A stretch of 61,991 nucleotides of DNA from Eubacteriales bacterium (GCA_028693155.1 JAQUVY010000001.1:1-61991), one strand, 5' to 3'. Shown: positions 10,463 to 19,297, counted from the first letter of the stretch. Translations and numbers: made by a program. Notes: generated by a model not told the origin, from the letters alone.

Positions 10463-11146
10463 ATGGAGCTGAAAGGCCTGCAAAGCGCCGTATTTTTAAC
10501 CCGGATCAACCGCTTTGCCGCGTGGGTAGTGCGGGATGGGCAGCAGGAGATGGCGCACGTCCCCAACTCGGGACGCTTGAAGGAGCTGCTTGTGCCGGGC
10601 GTGCGCGCGTTTGTGCGCCCCAGAGTCGGCCCTGGCAAAACGGCAAGCCGGCTCATCATGGTGGAGCATGACGGCGGCTGGGTGATGATCGACGCGCAGC
10701 TGACCAACGACCTTGCGGCGCAGGCGGTGCGCGCGGGCATGCTGGATGGACTGGAGGCCGGGCTTGCGCTGCGCCGAGAGGTGGTGCGGGGCGACAGCCG
10801 GTTTGACCTAAAGGTGACGCGGGGTGGGGAAGAGCATTATATCGAGGTGAAGTGCTCTACCTTGGTGCGGCAGGGGATCGCCTATTTTCCCGACGCACCC
10901 ACCCAACGGGGGGTGAAGCACCTGACCGAGCTGACACACATGGCGCTTGCGGGCGGCCATGCGCATGTGCTCTTCATGGTGCAGAATCCCGCGGCGGGGG
11001 TGCTGCGGCCCAACGACGAAACGGATCCCGCCTTTGGCGCGGCTCTGCGGGCGGCCAAAGCCGCAGGCGTGGAGATTCATGCACTGCTGTGCCGCATTGA
11101 ACCGGATTTCGCCGGGGCGGTGCGCCCCCTGCGTGTGGACTTGTGA
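10463..11146 (+). CDS. sfsA: Sugar fermentation stimulation protein SfsA
   Basis: 227 aa. FLTRINRFAAWV ... HVPNSGRLKELL ... FPDAPTQRGVKHL matches the SfsA family pattern. Confidence 0.85.
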   Translation: MELKGLQSAVFLTRINRFAAWVVRDGQQEMAHVPNSGRLKELLVPGVRAFVRPRVGPGKTASRLIMVEHDGGWVMIDAQLTNDLAAQAVRAGMLDGLEAGLALRREVVRGDSRFDLKVTRGGEEHYIEVKCSTLVRQGIAYFPDAPTQRGVKHLTELTHMALAGGHAHVLFMVQNPAAGVLRPNDETDPAFGAALRAAKAAGVEIHALLCRIEPDFAGAVRPLRVDL

Positions 11147-11159
11147 AAGGGGCGACGAA

Positions 11160-11691
11160 ATGCTGGGCGTTGCGCGAAACAAGGTGACGATTATGGCGCA
11201 TGACGCTGCATGGGCGGCGGATTATGAAGCCGAATGCGCGGCCATGCGGCCGATTTTTGAAGGACGTGGTTTTGGCCTTTTACCATGTGGGCAGCACGGC
11301 CATCCCGGGCATTTGGGCCAAGCCCATTTTGGACGTGGCGGCGGAGGTGCGCGCCCTGGCCGCTCTGCCCGTGGAGGCAATGGCGGCCGCGGGGTACGAC
11401 CCCTGCGCAGAGTGCGGCGTGCCGGGCAGATTTTTGTTCGTGCGCCGGGGAGAAGGCGACATTTCTCTTTGCCATGTGCACTGCTACGAGTCGGGAAATG
11501 AAAACCTGCGGCGGCAGCTGCTTTTTCGGGATTATCTGCTCGCCCATCCGGACTGGGCGCAGCGATACTGCGACCTGAAAAAGGAACTGGCGCGGCGGTA
11601 TCCCGACGACCGGGAGGCTTACACGCAGGGCAAAGGCGAATTTATTTTGACGGTCTGCCGCCTGGCACAGGACGGGCAGGCGGACTGCTGA
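11160..11691 (+). pseudogene. GrpB-family protein gene interrupted by a +1 frameshift in a T5 run
   Basis: The N-terminus MLGVARNKVTIMAHDAAWAADYEAECAAMRPIF is in frame 0. The rest, KDVVLAFYHVGSTAIPGIWAKPILDV... to stop 11691, is in frame +1. The switch is at ttttt 11254-11258. Removing one T gives a continuous protein of about 176 aa. Confidence 0.7.
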
Positions 11692-11785
11692 ACGCGTTAA
11701 AAACTGGTTAATTTTGGCTCAAATTTCTTGTGCAGCCGGTTGAAAGGTATATCATACAAGACAGATCAAAGAAAGGTCGATTGGT

Positions 11786-13171
11786 ATGAAAAAACGTTTC
11801 TCCGGCTGTCTTGTTTTGTTGTTGGCGGTTTTGCTGGCCGTGAGCGGCTGCGCTCAAAAGCAAAGCACGCCTGGTTTGACCGCTTCGCCCACGGCGAGTG
11901 CGACGGCGCAGCCCACACAAACGCCTGCCCCGCCCGCACCCACGCCCGCGCAGGCCGATCTGGTTACCTCAGGCGGCGCGGTGCTGGTGGGCAAGGTCGC
12001 GCTGGGGCAGGATGGAAAATGCTGCCTGAAGCTGGATGCGCCTCTTAACATTGAGCTGAGCGGCACGCAGGGGAGCGCGCTGTTTTCGGCCTGCGCAGAG
12101 ATTTTGTTTTATGACACCGCGGTGGACGGCATCGACAAAACTGCCTACGAGGACATGGATGTGACCATTCGTGCGGTGCTGCAAAGCGGCGATGCCGATG
12201 GTGCGCTGTATGCCTATGTGTGCTACATCGAGGCCGAGCGCACGGCGGAGGCATGCCGTGCCGACGAGACGATCCGCGTGGGGCAGACCACAAAATGGGT
12301 GTCCGATTACGATGCCTCGGTGCCTGTGCCCGAAAAAGTGCAGCCGCTGGTGCGCGACGGTGCCTATGCGTACAATCCCTACGCCATAAGCCGGGAGGCG
12401 CTGCGCCATTTTGGCAGCCGGTATCCCGCGTTTTTCACAGGCCTTGTCGATGCGTTTATGAATTATGAAACGTCCTGCGCCTGCCCCGAAGCCTACTACG
12501 CGAATATGTTCGATCTGATCGTCATGTGGGAATTCCCCATTTTTCAGGCGGATGGCGTCATAGGCGATGTGGTGACCTACAATGAGGCCGATCACACGCT
12601 GAACTGGACTTACCAAAGCACAAGCCGTGCGCAGCATGACCGCATTTTGACAGACTTTGAACGGGAGATGAACCGCTATCTGAACGAGATCTCCCCCGCG
12701 GATACGGAGATTGCCCGCGCGCGTCAGCTGTACCATGCCTTCTCCGGTAAAATGAATTATGATGAGGCGGCCACGGTGACCCGCAAGGGCGTGGAGGCGT
12801 ACCATGCCATTTTGGATCAGTCGGGCATCTGCGGAACCTTTGCAAACGCCTATTCCTATCTGCTGACCATGGCCGGTGTGGAAAGCACCGTTGTGGAGGC
12901 AAGCATACAGCCCGGCGCCGACGGAGACGAGGGCGGCCATGTGTGGAACGCGGTGACGATGGGCGGGCAGACCTATTTTTGCGACCCCACCTTCGAAGCC
13001 GGCACCAACGCAGGAAAGGGCTATCTGTTCTTCGGCACCACGCTGGAGGAGCGCCTGCACGACGGGACAAAGTGGCTGCCGGATACCACATATATAGGGC
13101 GGTACGACAAGGTGCCTGCCGCGCAGGCGGCGCTGGCGCAGACGAGGCTGCCGCTGGATCAGCTCTCCTGA
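11786..13171 (+). CDS. Lipoprotein with a C-terminal transglutaminase-like (Cys-His-Asp) domain
   Basis: 461 aa. Signal peptide with lipobox LLAVSGC. Core GICGTFANAYSYLL ... GGHVWNAV ... YFCDPTFE. Confidence 0.75.
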   Translation: MKKRFSGCLVLLLAVLLAVSGCAQKQSTPGLTASPTASATAQPTQTPAPPAPTPAQADLVTSGGAVLVGKVALGQDGKCCLKLDAPLNIELSGTQGSALFSACAEILFYDTAVDGIDKTAYEDMDVTIRAVLQSGDADGALYAYVCYIEAERTAEACRADETIRVGQTTKWVSDYDASVPVPEKVQPLVRDGAYAYNPYAISREALRHFGSRYPAFFTGLVDAFMNYETSCACPEAYYANMFDLIVMWEFPIFQADGVIGDVVTYNEADHTLNWTYQSTSRAQHDRILTDFEREMNRYLNEISPADTEIARARQLYHAFSGKMNYDEAATVTRKGVEAYHAILDQSGICGTFANAYSYLLTMAGVESTVVEASIQPGADGDEGGHVWNAVTMGGQTYFCDPTFEAGTNAGKGYLFFGTTLEERLHDGTKWLPDTTYIGRYDKVPAAQAALAQTRLPLDQLS

Positions 13172-13300
13172 TGAAAAAGGCGCATCGTCTTTTTACCTGC
13201 TTACGCGCAGCAAAAAGAGGAGCGGATAAAGCCTGGTGCCGGAACCGTCGGTTTGAAATAAGTTAACCAAAGATTTTTTGCAACAGGAAGGGGAGGGCCC

Positions 13301-13933
13301 ATGGCATTTGATTACAAGAAGGAATACAAAGAATTTTATATGCCTAAAAGCAAACCCGAGATCGTGGAAGTTCCAAAAATGAATTACATTGCCGTGCGGG
13401 GCGTTGGCAATCCCAATGAAGAAGGCGGGGCGTATCAAACCGCGGTAGGCATACTTTATGCTGTTGCTTACACGCTGAAAATGAGTTACAAGACCGAACA
13501 TAAAATTGAGGGGTTCTATGAGTATGTTGTGCCCCCGCTTGAAGGTTTCTGGCGCCAGGATAACGTCGAGGGCGTTGACTATGCCAATAAAGAAGGATTT
13601 AACTGGATTTCAGTGATTCGATTGCCCGAATTTATCACGGAGCAGGATTTTCACTGGGCCGCAGAAGCCGCAGGCAAAAAGAAAAAAATAGATTGTTCCT
13701 CGGCAGAATTTTTGACCGTTGATGAGGGGCTGTGTGTTCAAATGATGCACATAGGCAGTTATGATGAGGAACCTGCAACCGTTGCCGTTATGGACGGGTA
13801 TCTTTCTCAAAACGGCTATCAAAATGATTTTAATGATGTTCGTTTGCATCATGAGATCTATCTTTCGGATCCGCGAAAAACGGACGCTGCAAAATGGAAA
13901 ACGGTTATTCGCCATCCCATTAAGAAGATGTGA
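13301..13933 (+). CDS. GyrI-like small-molecule-binding domain protein
   Basis: 210 aa. MAFDYKKEYKEFYMPKSKPEIVEVPKMNYIAVRGVGNPNEEGGAY... is typical of the GyrI-like/effector-binding family. AT-richer than its flanks. Confidence 0.7.
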   Translation: MAFDYKKEYKEFYMPKSKPEIVEVPKMNYIAVRGVGNPNEEGGAYQTAVGILYAVAYTLKMSYKTEHKIEGFYEYVVPPLEGFWRQDNVEGVDYANKEGFNWISVIRLPEFITEQDFHWAAEAAGKKKKIDCSSAEFLTVDEGLCVQMMHIGSYDEEPATVAVMDGYLSQNGYQNDFNDVRLHHEIYLSDPRKTDAAKWKTVIRHPIKKM

Positions 13934-14004
13934 GCCTGCGGGCATCCTCGCAGCCCCCATCCCTGCAGACGCGGCGAGCGCTGCCTGTTTTTATGGGACA
14001 CAGT

Positions 14005-14041
14005 AAAAGGAGGTACGGTCGGCAGACCGCACCTCCTTTTT
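14005..14041. terminator. Bidirectional intrinsic terminator between convergent genes
   Basis: aaaaggaggtacggtc ggca gaccgcacctcctttt: 12-bp stem with one mismatch, A-run on one side and T-run on the other. Confidence 0.6.
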
Positions 14042-14091
14042 GCGCATGGGAAAAATATTTCTGCTCAAGTGCCGCGCTTTTTTATCAGGCT

Positions 14092-14475
14092 TTATTCGGT
14101 GCGCGAGAGCAGCTGGCAATAAACGTACACATTTTGAATTTTCTTTGCCTCAATGCCGTCCTGCGAACGGATGATGGGCTGGGTCTCCGAGGGCGTGGTG
14201 TAAAGCTTGAATACGATGGCGTCCTGTCCGGGCGCCATGCTGCGCACCGCGCGGTGGGCATAGCTGCGGCTGGAAATGCCCAGATAGTCAAAAATAATGT
14301 CCTCAATGTCGTGGTTGGTGAAGCAACGGATCACATCGTTCTCGTCGTGGGTGTCCAGGATGCCCCGGGCGTCGTCGAAGGAGAGATTGGTGCACAAAAA
14401 GCGGCCTTCATTGATCAGGGAGATCATGTTGCTGTTGTCCAGCAGCAGAAGCGGGGTAGGGGTCATTTGTGCCAT
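14092..14475 (-). CDS. Small protein resembling the DUF1874 / STIV B116-like family
   Basis: 127 aa. The pattern LLLLDNSNMISLI ... IRCFTNHDIEDIIFDYLGIS ... GQDAIVFKL ... VYVYCQLL parallels the B116 fold family as I recall it. Confidence 0.5.
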   Translation of the reverse strand: MAQMTPTPLLLLDNSNMISLINEGRFLCTNLSFDDARGILDTHDENDVIRCFTNHDIEDIIFDYLGISSRSYAHRAVRSMAPGQDAIVFKLYTTPSETQPIIRSQDGIEAKKIQNVYVYCQLLSRTE

Positions 14476-14566
14476 GGCGATACGCTCCTTTCACTTGATG
14501 CTTCCACAATAATGCAACAATGCCCAAAAATCAAGCGTTATTAAAATAACAAGCGAAGGTCAGGCG

Positions 14567-14595
14567 TTGCTTTTTCCCGGCTCGGGTTTTACAAT
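14567..14595 (+). promoter_or_regulatory. Candidate sigma-70-type promoter of the sulfatase cassette (TTGCTT, 17-nt spacer, TACAAT)
   Basis: ttgctt at 14567-14572, 17-nt spacer, tacaat at 14590-14595. Confidence 0.4.
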
Positions 14596-14627
14596 AAAAC
14601 CATATGAAAACGACGGGAGAAGCAAGT

Positions 14628-15950
14628 ATGCAGCAGCCGAATATTTTATACATCCATACCCACGACACCGGGCGCTATGTGCAGCCCTACGGTTATCGGG
14701 TGCCCACGCCGAATCTCATGGCGCTGGCGCGGGAAAGCACGCTGTTTCGCCAGGCCTTTTGCGCCGCGCCCACCTGCTCCCCCAGCCGCGTGGCCATGCT
14801 CAGCGGCATGGCGCCCCACTCCTCACAGATGCTGGGGCTGGCGCACCGCGGGTTTCAGATGAACGATTACAGCAGACACCTGGCTTCTTATTTGGGCACC
14901 CAGGGCTATCACACCGCGCTGTGCGGCGTGCAGCACGAAGCGCCCGATTCCCGCATGATCGGCTATGAGCAGATTCTGCAAGCCGAGGCGGGCGAATGGT
15001 GGGAAGGCGGCGACGACCGGACGAACGCCCACTGCGTGGGGGAATACATCCGCTGCGTCCCCAAGGATCGGCCGTTTTTCCTGTCCTTTGGCATGCTCAA
15101 TACCCACCGAAAATATCCGCAGCACGGTGAATACGTCAATCCGGACTATGTGCAGCCCGCGTTTCCGCTTTATGACAACGCGGCGAACCGCGCGGACATG
15201 GCGGACTTTATGCGCTCGGCGCAGATCGCCGACGAATGCGTGGGGGAGGTGCTGCGGGCGTTGGATGAGGCAGGGCTGCGCGAAAACACCGTCGTGCTGT
15301 CTACCACCGATCACGGCATCGCCATGCCGTTTATGAAGTGCAGCCTTTACGACACCGGTATAGGGGTCAGCCTAATGCTGCGCTATCCCGGCAATCCTTC
15401 GGCGGGCAAGGCCACCGATGCGCTGGTTTCCCATCTGGATGTTTTCCCCACGCTGTGTGATCTGGCAGGCATACCCAAACCCGAGTGGCTGCAGGGACAG
15501 TCGCTGCTGCCCGTGCTGAAGGACACGGACGCCAAGGTGAACGAAGAGATCTTCGGCGAGGTGACCTACCACGCCGCTTACGAGCCTGCGCGGTGCACCC
15601 GCACCCAGCGTTATAAGCTCATTCGTTACTATGACTTCCACAACGGCTATGTGCCGGCCAATATTGACGCCAGCCCGGCGAAGGATCTGCTACTGAGCTG
15701 CGGCCTGCTGGGGCAGACCCGCGCGCAGGATATGCTCTTTGACCTGTGGATGGATCCGGTGGAACGCGTCAATTTGGCGCAGGATGCCCGGTACGGCGAG
15801 GTTTACAACGATCTTTCCCGGCGGCTTTACGCCTGGATGGAGCGGACGGACGACCCGCTGCTTCATGTGCGCCATCGCGTGCCCGCGCCTCTGGGCGCGA
15901 AGGTCAACCCTCTTTCCTGCGTGGAGCCCAACGAAACCGACTTTGAATAG
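14628..15950 (+). CDS. Cys-type sulfatase (formylglycine-dependent family)
   Basis: ORF 14604..15950. NILYIHTHDTGR ... CAAPTCSPSRVAMLSGM carries the C-x-P-x-R signature. ATG 14628 has RBS gggaga; ATG 14604 has none. Confidence 0.9.
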   Translation: MQQPNILYIHTHDTGRYVQPYGYRVPTPNLMALARESTLFRQAFCAAPTCSPSRVAMLSGMAPHSSQMLGLAHRGFQMNDYSRHLASYLGTQGYHTALCGVQHEAPDSRMIGYEQILQAEAGEWWEGGDDRTNAHCVGEYIRCVPKDRPFFLSFGMLNTHRKYPQHGEYVNPDYVQPAFPLYDNAANRADMADFMRSAQIADECVGEVLRALDEAGLRENTVVLSTTDHGIAMPFMKCSLYDTGIGVSLMLRYPGNPSAGKATDALVSHLDVFPTLCDLAGIPKPEWLQGQSLLPVLKDTDAKVNEEIFGEVTYHAAYEPARCTRTQRYKLIRYYDFHNGYVPANIDASPAKDLLLSCGLLGQTRAQDMLFDLWMDPVERVNLAQDARYGEVYNDLSRRLYAWMERTDDPLLHVRHRVPAPLGAKVNPLSCVEPNETDFE

Positions 15951-15959
15951 GAGAATTTG

Positions 15960-16733
15960 ATGATTCAGATCGATCAGGAAAAATGTATTGCATGCGGCCA
16001 ATGCGCCGCCATTTGCCCGCTGCGCGTCATTGCCGCAGCCGGGAACGGCTTTGCCGCCACGCGGGAGTGCTTTGCCTGCGGGCATTGCTTTGCCGTTTGC
16101 CCCACGGGCGCCGTTCATATGCCGGGGGAGGAAGAGACCCGGCAGGACGAGGGCGCGGCGTGGCGGATCGATCCCAACGCGCTGCTGGGCTTTATGCAGA
16201 TGCGCCGCAGCGTGCGCGCATATACGGCGCAAAAGGTGGAGCCGGAGAAGCTGGCCATGCTGCTGGAAGCGGGGCGCAGCGCGCCCACGGCAGGAAACGG
16301 GCAGCGTGTGCGCTACCTTGTGCTGGATCGGGAAACGCAAGCCTTTCGCGCCCGGGTGTGGGACAGCCTGCAAACCTACGCCGAAGCCAAGGATAACGCT
16401 GATCTCCTGCGCCGCGCAAAGGCTTACCATGACGGCACGGAAACGCGCGATACGCTTTTCTTCGGGGGGCAGCAGGTCATTTTGGTCGTGTCGCCTCCGG
16501 GCATAGACGGCGCACTGGCTGCCCGCAGCATGGAGCTGATGGCCTGCGCACTGGGGCTGGGCACGCTGTACTGCGGCTTTGCCGTGCATGGCGTGAACGA
16601 GAGCCCGGCTCTGCAAAAGGAACTGGGGCTGGAGCCGGGGGAGATCCTTGCCGCCTGCCTGGTGGTGGGCTACCCCGCGGTGACCTTCCGGCGTACCGTT
16701 GGGCGTAAGCCTTTGCAGGTGCAGTGGAGATGA
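15960..16733 (+). CDS. Ferredoxin-domain / nitroreductase-family fusion protein
   Basis: N-terminal 2x CxxCxxCxxxCP (CIACGQCAAICP, CFACGHCFAVCP) followed by nitroreductase-like MQMRRSVRAYTAQKV ... GRSAPTAGNGQ. RBS taggag. Confidence 0.8.
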   Translation: MIQIDQEKCIACGQCAAICPLRVIAAAGNGFAATRECFACGHCFAVCPTGAVHMPGEEETRQDEGAAWRIDPNALLGFMQMRRSVRAYTAQKVEPEKLAMLLEAGRSAPTAGNGQRVRYLVLDRETQAFRARVWDSLQTYAEAKDNADLLRRAKAYHDGTETRDTLFFGGQQVILVVSPPGIDGALAARSMELMACALGLGTLYCGFAVHGVNESPALQKELGLEPGEILAACLVVGYPAVTFRRTVGRKPLQVQWR

Positions 16734-17506
16734 CGCAAGTGCTGGACAGCCATGCGCACATCGGCCGAATCGGCCAATATGAGAGCACGGCGCAGGCACT
16801 TTTGACGGCGATGGATGCCGCCGGCATCGGGGAAGCTGTGGTTTCGTCGCTGGAGGGGAACGAATATGTGGACGACGTGCGTGTCGGGGACGGCACAAGC
16901 GCGCTGACCATCAACCGGGAGCTGGCGCAGCTGTGCCGTGCCCAGCCGCGCTTTCGGGCGCTTTATTGGGTGCGGCCGTGCAGCGAAGCGCCTGGTGCGG
17001 CTATGCGGCAGCTGCTTGCGGAGTACCGGGATGTTTTCGTGGGGCTGAAGCTTCATCCCCGCGGCGTGGGAGCGGCCATCGGCCACCCGGCCTATGAGCC
17101 GTACCTTGCCCTTGCGGCGTCGCTTTGCCTGCCCGTGTGTGTGCACACCCAGCAGGACGGCTGGGCGGACACCGCCTTACTGGCAAAATGGGCGCGGGCG
17201 TGGCCGCAGGTGAACTTCATTGCCGTGCATATGGACTTGGGCAGCGATCACGCGCAGGCGATGGAGCATTGCGCCCGCCTGCCCAATCTTTTCGGAGATA
17301 CCACACTGATGAGCTGCGCGGATATGGAAAAGGCCGTGGGCGTTTGCGGCGCGGAAAAAATTCTTTTCGGTTCGGACGCGGCAATCTTTGGGGCGAGCAG
17401 CTATGAGCGGTATTTGCCCCATCTGCAAACAAAAAATCTGACGGACGGGCAGCGGGAGCTTGTGTTGGGCGGCAATGCCCGGCGCCTGCTGAGGAGAAAG
17501 GTATGA
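16730..17506 (+). CDS. Amidohydrolase-2 family metal-dependent hydrolase (TIM barrel)
   Basis: MTQVLDSHAHIG N-terminal HxH motif; later HTQQD, AVHMD, FGSD. ATGA overlap with the upstream stop (GTG 16724 is an alternative start). Confidence 0.7.
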   Translation: MTQVLDSHAHIGRIGQYESTAQALLTAMDAAGIGEAVVSSLEGNEYVDDVRVGDGTSALTINRELAQLCRAQPRFRALYWVRPCSEAPGAAMRQLLAEYRDVFVGLKLHPRGVGAAIGHPAYEPYLALAASLCLPVCVHTQQDGWADTALLAKWARAWPQVNFIAVHMDLGSDHAQAMEHCARLPNLFGDTTLMSCADMEKAVGVCGAEKILFGSDAAIFGASSYERYLPHLQTKNLTDGQRELVLGGNARRLLRRKV

Positions 17507-18126
17507 ACGCAGACTTGATTTATCCCCGCAAGGGGGATCCTCAAACGGTTTACCTGAAGAACGTGGTGGATTCACCCTTTATCCATGTGGGTGACTACAC
17601 CATGTACAACGACTTCGTGAACGACCCCAGAGATTTTCAGAAAAACAACGTATTGTATCATTATCCCGTAAATGGCGACGCGCTGCGGATAGGCCGGTAC
17701 TGCTCGGTTGCCTGCGGGGCTAAGTTTTTGTTTGCCAGCGCGTTTCACAGCATGGCTTCGCTGGCGACCTATCCCTTCCCCATCTTTTTTGAGGAGTGGG
17801 AGCTGGACAATACAGAGATTGCCTCGGCATGGGAGCATCGCGGGGATATTACCGTGGGCAACGACGTGTGGATCGGCTACGAGGCGGTGATCCTTGCGGG
17901 CGTTACCGTGGGGGACGGCGCCATCATCGGCAGCCGTGCCGTGGTGACAAAGGACGTGCCGCCGTATACCATCATGGGCGGCGTACCCGCCCGCCCCATT
18001 CGCCGGCGCTTTGACGACGCGACGGTGGAGAAGCTTCTGGCGCTGCGGTGGTGGGATTGGCCCGAGGCACGGGTCAAGCAAAATTTGCCGGCACTGACGG
18101 CAGGAAAATGGGAGAAGCTTGTATGA
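17503..18126 (+). CDS. Vat-family xenobiotic (streptogramin A-type) O-acetyltransferase
   Basis: 207 aa. YTMYNDF ... NVLYHYPVNGDALRIGRYCSVACGAKFLF ... hexapeptide repeats VGNDVWIGYEAVILAGVTVGDGAIIGSRAVV ... GGVPARPIRRRF. ATGA overlap. Confidence 0.85.
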   Translation: MNADLIYPRKGDPQTVYLKNVVDSPFIHVGDYTMYNDFVNDPRDFQKNNVLYHYPVNGDALRIGRYCSVACGAKFLFASAFHSMASLATYPFPIFFEEWELDNTEIASAWEHRGDITVGNDVWIGYEAVILAGVTVGDGAIIGSRAVVTKDVPPYTIMGGVPARPIRRRFDDATVEKLLALRWWDWPEARVKQNLPALTAGKWEKLV

Positions 18127-18788
18127 GCGAGAAAAAACAGTTGGAAGAGATGGCAAGCTTTTTTGATGCCCGCGTGGACGGATATGAAGACCATATGCGG
18201 GCCTTTGTAGACGGAAGCCAAACCTATTACGAGAGCACGGCGCAGGCGCTGCCCGAGATGGACAGCCCGCGCATTTTGGACCTGGGCTGCGGCACCGGGC
18301 TGGAGCTGGACGAGATCTACAAGCGCTTTCCCCGTGCCCGGGTGACGGGCGTGGATCTGTCCGCGGGGATGCTGAAAAAGCTGAGCGAAAAACATGCCGA
18401 TAAAGACCTGGAACTGCTGCAGATGAGCTACTTTGACTATGCGCCCCCCAAAGAGGCGTTTGATGCCGCGGTATCCGTGCAGAGCCTGCATCATTTCACC
18501 CATGAAGAAAAGCTGCCGCTGTATCGCGCCGTGTGGGAGGGCTTGAAAAAGGGCGGCTGCTACGTGGAAACCGACTATATGGCGGCCGACCAGGCGCAGG
18601 AGGACGAAGGCTTTGCCCGCTGCCGCGCGCTGCGGCAGGAGCAGGGCAAGGAAACCGGCTTTGTCCATTTCGATACGCCCTGCACGCCGGAAAACCAGGC
18701 GAAGGCACTTTACAAAGCCGGGTTCCGCAAGGTAGAAAAGCTTTGGCAGGAGGGCAACACGGTTATCCTGAAAGCCACAAAAGAATGA
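18123..18788 (+). CDS. Class I SAM-dependent methyltransferase
   Basis: Motif I ILDLGCGTGLELDEI. ATG 18123 overlaps the Vat stop (ATGA). ORF track 18048..18788. Confidence 0.8.
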   Translation: MSEKKQLEEMASFFDARVDGYEDHMRAFVDGSQTYYESTAQALPEMDSPRILDLGCGTGLELDEIYKRFPRARVTGVDLSAGMLKKLSEKHADKDLELLQMSYFDYAPPKEAFDAAVSVQSLHHFTHEEKLPLYRAVWEGLKKGGCYVETDYMAADQAQEDEGFARCRALRQEQGKETGFVHFDTPCTPENQAKALYKAGFRKVEKLWQEGNTVILKATKE

Positions 18789-18803
18789 CAGGAGGAGCGT
18801 CCC

Positions 18804-19220
18804 ATGAAATCTTTCCGCAAGGAGCTGCATTTTAACCTGCCCGATCGGCGTGGGTTGGTCAATATTACCGACGAGGTTCAGCAGGCCATTGCCGACAGCG
18901 GCGTGCGCGAGGGCTTGGCGCTGGTCAATGCGATGAATATTACGGCCAGCGTGTTCATCAACGACGATGAGGGCGGCCTGCACAGCGATTATGAAACCTG
19001 GTTGGAGCGCCTGGCGCCCGAAAAGCCCTATGAGCAGTATGCTCACAACGGCTTTGAGGACAACGCCGATGCCCACTTAAAGCGCACCGTCATGGGGCGG
19101 GAGGCCGTGGTGGCCATCACCGAAGGACGGCTGGATTTCGGCACATGGGAGCAGATCTTCTATTTTGAGTTCGATGGGCGGCGAGACAAGCGCGTGCTCA
19201 TTAAGATCATCGGGGAATAA
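18804..19220 (+). CDS. yjbQ: YjbQ/UPF0047 family protein (secondary thiamine-phosphate synthase-like)
   Basis: 138 aa. [13 protein letters not shown] ... [34 protein letters not shown] ... fits UPF0047. RBS aggagg. Confidence 0.8.
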   Translation: MKSFRKELHFNLPDRRGLVNITDEVQQAIADSGVREGLALVNAMNITASVFINDDEGGLHSDYETWLERLAPEKPYEQYAHNGFEDNADAHLKRTVMGREAVVAITEGRLDFGTWEQIFYFEFDGRRDKRVLIKIIGE

Positions 19221-19239
19221 AGCGGGGTACATCCCGCGT

Positions 19240-19283
19240 AAAAAAAGCGAACAGCCGTCGGAAGCTCCGACGGCTGTTTTTCT
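19240..19283. terminator. Bidirectional intrinsic terminator between the yjbQ operon and the convergent GNAT gene
   Basis: acagccgtcgga / tccgacggctgt perfect 12-bp stem flanked by aaaaaaa and tttttc. Confidence 0.75.
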
Positions 19284-19297
19284 GCGCGTAAAAGGCA

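Noticed and set aside
10105-10740. 211-aa minus ORF spanning the GH13/sfsA junction
   Set aside because: Ser/Pro/Ala/Cys-rich shadow translation crossing two well-supported plus-strand genes.
14604-14627. Upstream ATG starts for the sulfatase (14604), and likewise GTG 254 for glgB and M9 (54409) for the lipoprotein
   Set aside because: The downstream ATGs have properly spaced Shine-Dalgarno sequences and the upstream ones do not. This remains uncertain without experimental or comparative data.
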